A stretch of DNA of 50,012 nt from Raillietiella orientalis (Eukaryota), in assembly GCA_036172245.1 (NCBI GenBank), contig JAYWIR010000116.1, forward strand, positions 62,001 through 112,012, read 5' to 3'. This document shows, piece after piece, positions 34,938-46,614 of the stretch (position 1 is the stretch's first letter; the number at the start of each line of letters is the position of its first letter). The notes under the pieces were generated by a model. It saw only the letters and a list, made by a program, of their open reading frames with translations, was not told the DNA's origin and searched no databases. Both the position numbers and the translations under genes were made by a program.

Positions 34938-37900
34938 TTGCCACCCGGTCACGCCGGGGCGTTTATTTAAAATTCTCTTTGGTTCGTGGTACAAGAACCC
35001 ACTACGGCCAACTCAACTGGACCTGCCTAGTCGCCGGTACGCAGACCGGCGCGACTCTCCTCGTCAGCGGAAGGGGGTTGGGGAAAAAACAAAAAGAAAA
35101 ATAAAACATGAAAACAAAAAGATTTGGGAGGGTTGGGGAGGGATCACTGACCACTACGAGGAGGGTCCATCCTTCGCAGGATGCCCTCGAGGTCCGTCCG
35201 TATAATTCCCATGTGGGGCCATCTGGTCACAATCCGCAGGTAGCGGACTGCAAGTAGGACGGCATCCCTGTCGTGATTCGGTCTTCCGACGTTGCTCCAG
35301 CACGTCACAATCCCGCGTACGCAGCAAAGTGCAGCCAGGGCAGCGGCTGGACGCAGGGCATCCTGCACGAACAGAAGCCGAAAAACGTCTCTGGGCTGGC
35401 TGCCCTCCTGGATCCGTAGGGAGGCACGAAGACGTTCCCACAGGGGTCGGAGGGCAGCACAATCAACAAGGAGGTGAGGGAGAGTTTTCCGTTCCCCACA
35501 CCTGATGCAGGTAGGATCTACTCGACCCCTGGTCCAGTGGTGGCGGCGTGCGTTGCAGGGTAGACCTCAATGCAACAACAGAAGCGCCGACTCCTGTCAC
35601 ATCAGGGGGAGGATTTTAGATCCAATTAATACCGGGGGCCTCTTCAGGTCATCCGGCTGGATGCAGAGTAGCTCGCCCCATCTCTGCAGTCCTCTCGGCT
35701 GGACACTAGGGGTACTGCCGTCCGCCAGTTCACCCGCGGAACAGCCGCTGATCAACTTCTCCTTGCCTGCGATGCGGAAGGAGACATGCCACCTAGGCTT
35801 GCGGCTGCTGAAGAGCGCTTTCCTTAAGAAGGGCATCGCCGTAGCTAGGGGGGTTGTCTCTGCCCACGTGCTTCTCGCGGGACACTGGAGTATCTTCCGC
35901 AGAGTGCAGCGGGAATTGGCGCCGCGTCGCAGGCAGTTTCTTATTTCTTCATTTTTTTCATTAATCTTCGCCCACGTGCCAGCTGTCTCCTCCAGCCATG
36001 CGGAGGAGTTGGCGGGGCTGCATACCATTTAGCCGTTTTCCTTAGCCAGAGTTGCCATGCGTCCCAGGAGAAGTCCGCATCTCTTGATCTTCTTGCCACG
36101 GCAGAGAAGATAGGACGCGAGACCCTCCGTCCCGGATACACGGCTGGCAAGGAGTCGGGCCGGAACGCACCAAGCGGTGCTCCATAACTTCGCTGCGATG
36201 GCGAGGGTTCGCCACCGCAGCTGAAGCTCTACTCGCTCCATCGTCAAGAGGCCGAGACCGCCATCCCGACGTGGAGCACACAAGTCCTTCAACGGGACTC
36301 GGGGCCTCCCTCTTCCCCAAAGGGCAATTCTCAGGAGGTCCTTCGTCCGTTTTTTCAACTCTCTGGGGACGTGGCAAACAAAAAGCAGGGGAAGTAGGAT
36401 AGGAGCCGCGAACGCGTTCCATACCGTGGCCCGTTCCGGAAGGAGAAACTTGTCTTCCAGGAACGGGCCGATCGCCGTTTTCACTTTTTGGAGGCAGCAG
36501 GACCACGCTTCCGCAGGGGAGTAGTCCCCCAACGGCACACCAAGGTACTTGAAGCACCTCGCTGTGGGGATCCCCAAGCGGACCCAGTCCTGCTGCCCAG
36601 CCCACGCCGCACCGACTGGCACATCCGTCGACTTCGCCCTGTTCACCGTAAGTCCGGTCCCGCGGCTAAGCAGATCGAAGAAATCCCCGAACGCCTACGC
36701 CGGGGTGGACATCGGCAACAGAAGCAAAAGATCGTCGGCGTATGCTGCAACGGCGGGCGTGCCGGGGCACGAGCTCGGCAAAGGGGCCAAAGTCACCCTG
36801 TACGCTCTCAGCACCAACTCAAAGTAGGTGCTAAAGAGCAGGGGATTGAGGCTGTCGCCCTGCCGTATGCCCCGCCGTACCGGCACGCCGTACGCCATTT
36901 GACCTCTGAAAGAGATATTGATCAGCGCGCTGCGCCAGCAAGAGCGCAGGTAGGTCAGTAGGGAGGGAGGGAAGCCCATGCGTCCCAGGAGCTCCAGCAG
37001 GAGATCCAGGTCCACGCAGTCAAACGCTTTATGCAGATCGACTGCGATCGCTAGGGCTCCCTTCCCCACCTTGGAGTCCTGTTCCTGCACGGCTGACGCC
37101 CCCAAAGCGGGGCTGCCAATCCTTCTCTCTTTTCTTTTTCTTTACTACTCTGCACATGAAACCATGTGCTCGCGAAGAAGAGTTTGGCCTCTAGACTTCG
37201 CCCGAAAACAGCGTAAGTCTGCTCCGGGCTAATTATGGAATTGGCCACCTGACCCAGACGCGAAGTCCACAGTGCGGCGATCAGCTTGGCGTCCGTGTTC
37301 ACAATTGTGATTGGACGCCAGTTGCGGAGTTTCCTGAGGTCTCCTCCTTTCGGAAGGAGCCTCACTCTGGCTGACCGAAACGAGGCGGGTACATCGCCTT
37401 CATCTCGGATCAGCCTTGTCAACTCAAGCACTAGGGGTGCCAACTCTGCCGCGATGCATTGAAAAAACTCAGCAGGCAGGCCGTCCTCCCCTGGTGCTTT
37501 CCGCCTCTTGAGCCTTTTGATACCGGCTAGAATTTCGCCGGTGGTAAAAGGCTCGTCGAGGCTTTCCTTCTCCTCCTCCCCTATTGCCGGGGCACCGTTC
37601 GGAAGCAAGCGCCGAGAGGCATCTTGGTCCGGGGGCGCTCTGGCGTAAAGGGATTAATAAAAACGCTGCACGAGGTGCCGTATTCTAGCCGGAGCCGAGT
37701 GCTCCCGGCCCTGGTCGTCCAGCAAGCTGGCCGATCCGGATTGCCTGGCTTGACGTTCGGCCCCGGCTCGGTACTCTTCCAGGCGACGGACATTGGGGGT
37801 CATCGCGTAACGACGGGCATACAAGTACGCTCGTTCGTTACGGATGCCCTCCCCAAATCCCCGGGGCAGGAGGTGCAAGGGGAACTCCTCGCAATACTTG

Positions 37901-38273
37901 CGGACCGAGGCCTTTGAAAGGTCCCAATCATTGAGAATGCGGAGGGTGACGCCTCTCAGGAATTCGCGAAGGCGTTCCTTCGCACCTGAGAGTCGCGTCC
38001 AGTCTCCAGGCAGACGCCACGCCCTGGATGGGGGGCCCTTGTTACGAGGCCGCATCTCGAAAATTAACCGGGAATGGTCCTACAACGTCGACGCAACCCT
38101 CCCCCGTTTGCCGACCCGTGAACACAGGTCAGCGTCGAGGAAGACGTGGTCGATGCTGCGGACCATTCCCCTCTCACCCGCGAACAAGCTGCCTGCACGC
38201 ATGGCGGCGCACATCTAGTTCATCGCGTTCACTTGTGTTTCCGGCTCACCTGTTAGCAGGCGGAGATTGAAAT
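34938..38273 (-). mobile_element. Element D 3' part (ORF2 from mid-endonuclease to 3' terminus), disrupted
   Basis: Terminus motif at 34938-34967; KAPGEDG, WRPIT, DLHKAFD, YADD and KYLG in broken frames. Confidence 0.9.
38265..38273. repeat. 9-bp perfect TSD of element E (GATTGAAAT; second copy at 44160-44168)
   Basis: Exact match; lies in the host GDFN codons; uninterrupted equivalent at 49950-49958. Confidence 0.92.
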
Positions 38274-38586
38274 TTATCACCCGGTCACGCCGGAACGTTT
38301 ATTAATAATAATAAACTGGTCAGGGACAATGTCCCCAACCAAGAGAACGACAGAGAACCTAGAAAAATTACCGGCACGCAGGCCTGGTAAACAAACCGCT
38401 CACAGCGTAAGGGGAATGAGGGGAAACAAACAGAAATCAAAACCTGGAGGGAAGGGTAACGGGTTTTTGGTGAGGCTCCGTACTCACGGGGATTTATACG
38501 ATGAGCACCTAAAATGTTCCGGAGCCTATGTGGACGCGGGTGTAAAAAGAAAATACAAATTTAGTTTATGGAGGGTAGGGCAATGA

Positions 38587-41500
38587 TCACCGGGTTGGCC
38601 GCTGATGAGGGTGTGTAAACCGGCGGTGTATTGCGGCGAGATTCCTCTTTGTCTCCTCTGTCAAATGAGGCCATCTAGCGGATGCTACCATGTAGAAGGA
38701 TGCTTTGCTGATTACCTCTTGGTGCTGTCCGTTGATTACCAACGCCTGGCGGACGGAAACTATCGCGCGTATGCAACCGATGGTTGCAATCCTTGCGCTT
38801 AGTGAAAGCCCGCTCGGCGTGAAGAATCGTGGCAGCAAGTCTCTTGCGGTGTCCACGGGATGCAATAGTGCTGTTGCCAGCCTACGCCACAGTCCTTGCA
38901 GGACACCGCAGTCCAGAAGTAGGTGCGGAATCGACTCCGTCGATCCGCACCGAACACAGTTCGCAGACGCAAGTCCCCCGGAGTCACGATGCCAACGCTC
39001 GTTGCACTGAAAACCCCAGTGAACGAAAAGCAGCACGGCTTGTTTCCAAGCAAGGGGGAGCAGCGAACTGTCAATACACTGTGGAGGGACTACAAGTTCT
39101 TCTGCCCACCGGAGCAGTCCCTTTGCAGTAACACGAGGAGTGGCGGCGTCCGCCAACTCACTTGTCTTCCAGGTGCCAAGGAGTTTGGTTCTTCCCGCTA
39201 TCGTGCAGGAAACCTCCCACCTCGCCGGTTGGTAACTGTCGTTTCTTGCCCTGAGAGCAGACAGCGCTGCGGCAAGAGGCGTGGCAGCCAGGGTAGAAAA
39301 CTTCACCTCGTCCTGCAGTACTTCTTCCAAGAATCGTGGAAAAAATTGGCGCAGGGGGCGAAGATCTTCAGGGCGTATTCCTTGGAACGCCGCCCAGGAT
39401 TCAACAGACTCCTGCTGCCAAGCTTCAAAGTTCATTGGGCGGCAGGAGATCCAAGAGTGTGCTTCCAGAAGTGCGGTCAACTGCCGCAATGGAAAACCGA
39501 AACCCCGCTTCCTGTATTCAGTGCTCGGCAAAAGCGAGAGAAATCCTCCGCTGCCGGCGCATCTCCGCAGAAGAATGCGAGCTGGCACACACAGGGGGGA
39601 TGTCCATAGCTGGGCACACAGTGCCAGCAGTCGGAACTGAACCTGCAGTCCGATTCGCACTATTGTCAGGATACCCAAACCAGCATCCCGACGCGGAGCT
39701 GACAAATCTTTAAGGCGGATCCTGGATCTCGCCGGACCCCAGAGAGCGTTCCTGAGCAGGCGCTTAGCCCGCTGTTTTGCCGCATAGGGGGGGTCCAAAA
39801 CAAAAAACAGGGGACGGAGGAGGGGGGCCACAAAGGTGTACCAAATAGTCGCCCGTTCCTGCAAGGTAATCTTGCCGTTAAAGAACGGGCTGATGGCCAA
39901 CTCTGCTTTCTGAAGACAGTTCGCCCACGCTTCGGCTGCGCCGAAAGCGCCCAACGGAACGCCAAGGTACTTAAAGTACCCGCCGGTGGGGATCCCCAGG
40001 CGGATCCAGTCGGACTGCCCCTCCCACGACGTACCCACAGCAACGACCACGCTCTTCTCTCTGTTCACGCTCACGCCCGCTCCCCGACGAATCAGGTCGA
40101 AGAAATCCTCCACACTGGACGCCGGGGTGGACATGGGGAGCAGAAGAAGCAGGTCATCAGCGTAGGCGGCCACGGCAGGCGTTCCCGGGCAGGAGCTTGG
40201 CAAGTGAGACAGCGTCAGCCTGTATGCACTTAGCACCAACTCAAAGAAGATGCTAAAGAGCAACGGGCTTAAGCTGTCGCCCTGTCGGATGCCCCTACGA
40301 ACGGGAATACCATACACGCTGCAGCCGCTAAAAGTGATGCAGGTTAGCGCGTGGCGCCAGCACGCGCGCAAATACAGCAGGAGTTGCGCCGGGAACCCAA
40401 GGCGTTCCATAAGCTCCAAAAGCAGCTTCTGGTTTACGCAGTCGAACGCCTTGTGGAGATCGACCGCGACCGCCAAGGCACCTGGCGTTCCCTCCTGCCG
40501 TCGGCGCCTGTTCTTTTTGCCTGCGGCAGTGACTTTCGCAGCAGCCTGACTTCGCTGCGCCACAACTTCCTGCAGCTGCATCCATGTACGCGCGAAAAGG
40601 ATGTTCGCCTCCATGGATCGCCCCGGAACCGCGTAGGTTTGTTCCGGGCTCACCACAGATTCCGCGATTCTTCCTAACCGCGCGATTTACAGCTTGGAAA
40701 ACAACTTGACGTCCGAGTTCACCAAGGTGATCGGACGCCAGCTGCTAAGTTGGCGCAAGTCTCTGTCTTTCGGCAGGAGACGCACCTTCGCTGAGCGGAA
40801 GGAATCAGGGACATTCCCGGATTCACTCATCAGCGTCGCGAGGTTCAGCATCAAGGGAATGAGCTCCACTGCAAAGCACTGATAAAACTCTGCAGGGAGC
40901 CCATCCTCGCCTGGCGCCTTTCGTCTCTTCAGCCCAGCGATGGCGGACGAAAATTCATCCGCCGTGAAGGGCTCGTCGAGACGTTCGCGTTCCTCCTTGC
41001 CGACAACACGAGCATCCTGAGACAGGAGTATCTCAGAAAGAATATCCTCCGTCGGGGATTCCGCGTAGAGCGAGGAGTAGTAGCGTCTCACAATGCTGCG
41101 TACTTCGGCTGGGGCCGAACATTCCCGGCCCCTGTCGTCCAACAGGCATGCTGCTCCGGACTGCCAGACCTGGCGCTCGGCCCTCGCCTTGTACTCTGCG
41201 AGACGCCCGACATCGGCGCGTCTTGAAAACGTGCGGGCCTGCAGAAAGTCTCTACTGTTGGCCACACCCTCTCCGAAACCGCGTGGAAGCCGGTGCAAGG
41301 GGAATTGGCAGCAGAACTCGCGGACAGATCTTTTGAGATCGTCCCAGTCCGCAAGTTCTTAAATGGCAAAGCCTCGGAGGTATCCACGTAGAACCTCCGC
41401 AGCCTCCGGTTGGCAAAGCGAATCCGCCTGCATCCTCCAGTTTTGCAACGGAGGCCCCCTGCCTGGCGGAAAGATCTCAAACTCCAACCTGTGGTGGTCA

Positions 41501-42159
41501 GAAAGCCTAGTCAACAATCTTCCTCTCCTACCCACACGCGAATGCAGGTTTTCATCGAGGAAAACGTGATCGAGCGATCTTTCCATTCCAGGTTCGCTGA
41601 CCATCAAGTTGGCGGCGTGCACGGACGCGCACATCTCGATGGGTAGCGCGCGTTCCCTCGGCCGGCTCCAATCGTCGGAGAGCAGGCGGACGTTGAGGTC
41701 CCCAGCGACGAGGTGCGCCACTTGGAAACCGGAGTTGTTGAGCCAGTGGCTCTGCACCTCACCAAAGAAAGCTACTCTTTCTTCGAGGTAGCGAGAGCCA
41801 CTCGGCGCGTAGACGTTCGTAACGACGAGATCGATGGACTCGGACCACTTGATGACAAGCTGGCCTATCCCTCCGTCGTCATCGAAACGAACACTACGCA
41901 CCGCTTCCGCCATTTTTCCTCTTACGAGGAACGCGACGCCGCACGTGTGTGCGCCGCCGCACCGCCAATGTAGCGTTCCGCCTGCGCGCTCCTCGATTTC
42001 GGCTGCGTGCTCGTCGGAGATTACGTTAATCTCCTGCAGCAGCACGAGGTCGAAGGGGCGCAGGGCGTTGGCTACTAATCGCCTCTTCTCGTCGTTCTGT
42101 AGTCCGTTCACGTTCCAACACGTTACGGACAGACGACGAGAAGACGCGATTCCCCGCAT
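38587..42159 (-). pseudogene. Element E ORF2 (1190 codons, single frame, two premature TAA stops)
   Basis: ORFs 41359..42159, 40687..41298 and 38587..40656 are in one frame; all EN and RT motifs present plus CVRCGSTESIPHLLLDC. Confidence 0.93.
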
Positions 42160-44081
42160 TACTGCTGGGAAGGTGGCGGCTTTTTACTCGCTTTATCCGG
42201 CGAGCAGAAGGCGAGCAGCACGACTGGCTGGAGGGGACGGTCGCCACCGTCTTTTGTCGTGCTGCATGCATGTACTGCCTCCACGTCAGGCTTAACCCTG
42301 TCGGGTTTCGTGAAGATTTCGCGTGACTTCGCGGCAAGCGTTGCCTGGCTGCCTACTATTAATCGGTGCGCACACGCTTTCGAACGAGTTGTCCTCGTCT
42401 CGGTGATCGGAACGGCATCCATTTCGGAGTCCGACCGGCGCATGTTCGATCGAGTTTCGGCCTTCCGCGAAGTAGTGACAGGTTCTGCTGGATTGACAGC
42501 TGTCCTGTTGTCTTTTTCCGTCTCCAGAGCATCGCTTTTGGTGACGGCTGCTTTCCCGGCGCGCGCGTTTTCAGCGTGCTCACGCGCAGTTGCGCGAGGG
42601 ACCTTTGCTGAAGTCTTCTTTACTTCATTACGGTTCCTCACTTCGTGTGGCGCCGTAAATGGAGATTGTGTTCCATTGCCATCTTTGAAGCCGTCCGCGT
42701 CTTTGGACGGGAGCACTTTCGATGGCTCCGACACGCTCGTCATGGATGCTGCCTTCGGAAGGGCTTTTAATCCCTTCGTTGGCATGGCATCCGCGCCAGT
42801 CGAGAGCTTGCTCTCCGACTGCGACGGCGTGAGAGTTTTCTCCGCTTTCCCGGTGTTGGGTCGCGACGCGGATTTTTTTTTGCCGACTTTCGAAGTCGAC
42901 ACGGCACAACCCTTCTTACCCGATTTGGGCTTCTCAGCCACTGCAGGAAGTGAAGGAATGGATCTGACGGTACTGGAAGTCTCCTTACCGTTGTTGTCCA
43001 TTGTCGTCCCCGCCGGTTGCTCGAACTCCGAAAGAGCCGGGCGTGCTTGGGAAGGACACCTATTGCGCCTAGGGGGACTTAGCATTGCCCCGGATTCCCC
43101 GCACCCTTTCTTTTGCGGCTCCCCTGCCGCGAGAAAGGACGCGCAGGGCTTCGCGTGCGAGGTTTCCTGCTGCTTTGGGGCGACATTCCGCCTCGCGTTT
43201 TTTCGGAATTTCTGCCGTGGGGTCTCCAGGTTTTTCGCAGATTTTTTCTTTTTATCCGCGCTTTGTTTTCTAAGATGGAGCTCCGCGGCTGCCTTTTTTC
43301 GCAAAAGATCCGGGCAATTTTTCAATTGGTGCGCGGATAGTTTGCAATAACGGCATTTTCCAGAGGGGCATTTATCCAAACAATGCCCCTCCTTCCCGCA
43401 TTGCTCGCACGTTTTTACTTTGCCCACGAACCACAGGTGAACGACCGTGTCTTTCACCTGTAGTTGGGTGGGCAGCAGACGGCGGTCCGGCATTGTAAGC
43501 CGGACTCCAGCGACTCCGCTGTGTATGGACGGGAAGTCCTTGAGGTTGCTACGCACCCTCCACAGCGCATGGACCGTGGCGAATTTCGCCAACGCGTTCC
43601 GAATATCAGTATCGGAGACTTCCGACTCCATGTCGAAAATCTCCGCCACAAATGAGTCGTCCATGGCGGCCGGGAAGACCTTCTGGCCACGGATCGACAA
43701 CGGGGTGCGCAGCAAGCGTTGCACAAGTGCAGCGTCTTTGCAACGCACCTTGAAATAGCCCATGTCTTTTACGGGCATAATGGCGAGAAGGTCCTCCTCC
43801 CGCACGCCAACACGGGTCAGTTCATCGTTGAACTGATTCCCGTCGCGCGCAGAAAGAAACCCACTCACCTTATATCGGAGAGCAGGTCTATAGCCTTCGG
43901 CTACGTATGCCCGCAACTCCGACTCGTCGAGTGGCTTCCCTTTGACGGCTGCTGTGGCAGCAACGTCAGCAAAACTCCTCTCTTTTGGCGAGAATCACGA
44001 AGTGGAGGCGACCGTCGGTTCCGCGATTGCAGATCCATATGCTGTTCCTCCAACTTGAGTAGCTTCAAGTTGGGTCGACAT
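42159..44081 (-). pseudogene. Element E ORF1 (two CCHC knuckles); 585-aa open frame, likely ATG at 44081 separated by an early stop
   Basis: CEQCGKEGHCLDKC and CRYCKLSAHQLKNC in 42159..43916; the in-frame ATG at 44081 is followed by TGA near 43995. Confidence 0.82.
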
Positions 44082-44159
44082 CGTCGTCAAAATGTACGAC
44101 GCCAAGATGAAGCGGATGAAAGCACGGAGACGAGAGCGAAGAAAAACACGTCCGCACTC

Positions 44160-46596
44160 GATTGAAATCTCCCGCTATCAGGTGAGCCTTTCGCACATTG
44201 GTATTCGCCAGCCCGGTCCGTTTCAGGGTTTTTAGCAGCCTGGTGCGGTCGCGGTACCCCTGTTTGCCGCTGGGGCCATAAACGTTTGTGACGATTAGGT
44301 CGATCGAGTCGGACCATCTGAGAATCAGCTGACCGATCCGACCGTCGTCATCCAACGGCACGCCCTTCACGGCAGCGTCGATGGCCGGCTTTACGAACAA
44401 CGCGACTCCGCGGGTGTTGCGGAGCCCGCATCGCCAATACAACCGACACCCCGCGATTGCCTCGATCTCCTGGGCGTCTGCCGCGGTGATCACGTGGATC
44501 TCCTGCAGCAGCGCCAGGTCGAGCTCACGCAGAGTGTCGGCCGTATCTCGCCTGTTGCCGTCGTCGCGCAGCCCGTTGACGTTCCAACAGGCCGCGCGAA
44601 TCCGACGGCGACTGGCGAGCCCAGGTGTTAGTCCTGGGAAAACGACGATGCGGCGTCCGCCACCTGCTGGGGCGAAACGCTAGGTGGAGGGGGAGGGGGG
44701 ACAGGTACTGAAGACACCTGTTCCTCCTCCTCCATCGGTGTTGGCGCGTCGGCCCGATCACCCGCAGGTGGAGTCGCGCCTACCTGTTCGCCTTCCTCCA
44801 TGGGTTCGGGCTGCTCAGGTTTTGCGACTGCAGAAGGACTTCACTTCCCTGCTCACCCTCTTCCATGAGGGTGGCCGCCTCGACGGCTTCCAGGCGTGGG
44901 TATCCCCCCTTCGGGATTCCCACGCTGCCGTTTCCTTCCGGTTTCTCCTCCTCGCTGGTGGAGGAGAGGCGCCTCCTGGGTTCCTAAGACTTGCGTCCCG
45001 ACTTCCTGGGGGTGCCTCCGAGGAGGAGGATCCGCTTCCGGCCCCCAGCTCGCACTCACCTGCGGGGGCCTTCTTCGTCGGAGCCGAACTGCGTACGCCC
45101 TTGCGCGGCGGGTTTTCGCGCTCGGCGTGCGTTGCTACGTGCTCCTTTGCCGCATTCTCGAAGGCCTCGCCTTCCACAGCGGGGATTGTTGCCGGGGGCT
45201 GTTCCGCGACCTTATCGAGCGCGGAGTCATCGCTGACGGCGAACGTTGCCGCGGGCTCCTACGCGACTTTATCGAGCGCGGCGTCCTGGCTGTCGGCGCG
45301 CGAGTCTCGCGTCTCACCCTCTACACGTAGATTGGGCTCGTCCACGCGAGTATTCATCGCGTCCGCATCAGCTGTTCCGCGAACATTGCCGCGGGCGGAC
45401 TCGGCAGGAACGGCTTAGCGTTCCACTGCCACCGAGCATTCCCGGAGTTGTTTTTTTTTTTGAAAGAGGCGTGGCTTTTTTCTTGTTGCCGGCAGTTTTC
45501 TTCTCCGACTTTTCTTCTGGCATTAATTTCTTTTTTTTTTCTTTTCTGGCCTGAACCAGCTGCCAACCCTTCTCAATTTCCGCGTTCACAAGAGCTCTTT
45601 CCTCCGACGACTGTACGGGAGGAAGGGAGGCTGGCAGTTGGGAACGGCCATTTTCGCGAGCTGGTCTTTCCACCAGCTTTCCACGTTTTCCCTGCGCCTT
45701 TTTGGCGGCAAGGGGCACCGGGGTGGGGCGCTTGGGGCACACCCGCCGAACGTGACCCTTTTCGCCGCATAGGTGGCACACAATGTTCGGGCACCTTTTT
45801 CGTAGATGCCCTACTGCATTGCAGTAGCCACAAAATTGGCGTTTCCTTACGTACCAGAGGTCCACCTCTTCTTGGCAGACCTCCAGCTTGTGGGAAAGCG
45901 CACCACTCTCTTTTAATGTGATATGCGCCGCAGCTTGACCTCCGAAAAGGCTATTGTAGCCTTGGAAAATCGTAGACTTCGGCCACAACGCGTGCACTTC
46001 TGCGTGCTTTTGTAGCTGTTCTCGAACCGCTGACCTAGTCATGCGACTGGAGATCCCAGTGAGATGGACCACCACCGAGCGGTCCATCGTTATCGGCAAG
46101 ATCTTCCGACCATCAACAATCAGCGGGTCGGTGATCAGGTGTCGGGCCAAGGTGATATCCTTCCATACCACCTCGACCCGCTGCCCGCCGCTGAGGACGA
46201 AGAGGCCGTCGCAATCTTTTTGAAAATATTGGCCTTCTGCAGCGCCTTCGTAAAGGCGCGTGCAGTTTGCCCATCGAAAAGGTTGCCTACCTTGTAGCCT
46301 AGCGAGGGTTTATACCCCGCTTTCTTGTAGGCTTCCATCTCGGCCATGGCTTCCACGCTAGGCGCGGCCACCATGGCGCTCCATGAACTCGGAGTCGCCG
46401 GGGACGATTCCAAGACGGATGCCCCTGATCCAGTAGGCTGTGGGGCGAACAAGCCCCCATCACGCCTACTTCCATCGCGGTGTCCTCTGGCAACGCTGCC
46501 ATCGGACACCGACGATGTGCACGCACAAATCACTCAACAAAAAAAAACACTCGCTTCGCCACGCAGGCGGAGCGCAGGAAAAGAACGTCCGCTCTC
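44160..46596 (-). mobile_element. Element D 5' part (5'UTR, disrupted ORF1 44628-46502, first half of endonuclease)
   Basis: 5' motif GAGCGGACGTTCTTTT at 46579-46594; CGYCNAVGHLRKRC and CHLCGEKGHVRRVC in 45368..46171; NVYGP...AGDFN in 44065..44493. Confidence 0.9.
45131..45301. repeat. Three degenerate 57-bp tandem units inside D ORF1
   Basis: Units start GTTGC at 45131, 45188 and 45245; they encode variants of the DAAFxxAAEELAAT helix. Confidence 0.7.
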
Positions 46597-46614
46597 CACA
46601 GAAGGAATTCGGCG

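Larger units (their letters stand above)
38274..44159 (-). mobile_element. Element E: full-length LINE (~5.9 kb), best preserved copy
   Basis: Perfect TSD; terminus motif at 38274-38303; 5' motif GAGTGCGGACGTGTTTTT at 44142-44159. Confidence 0.95.
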
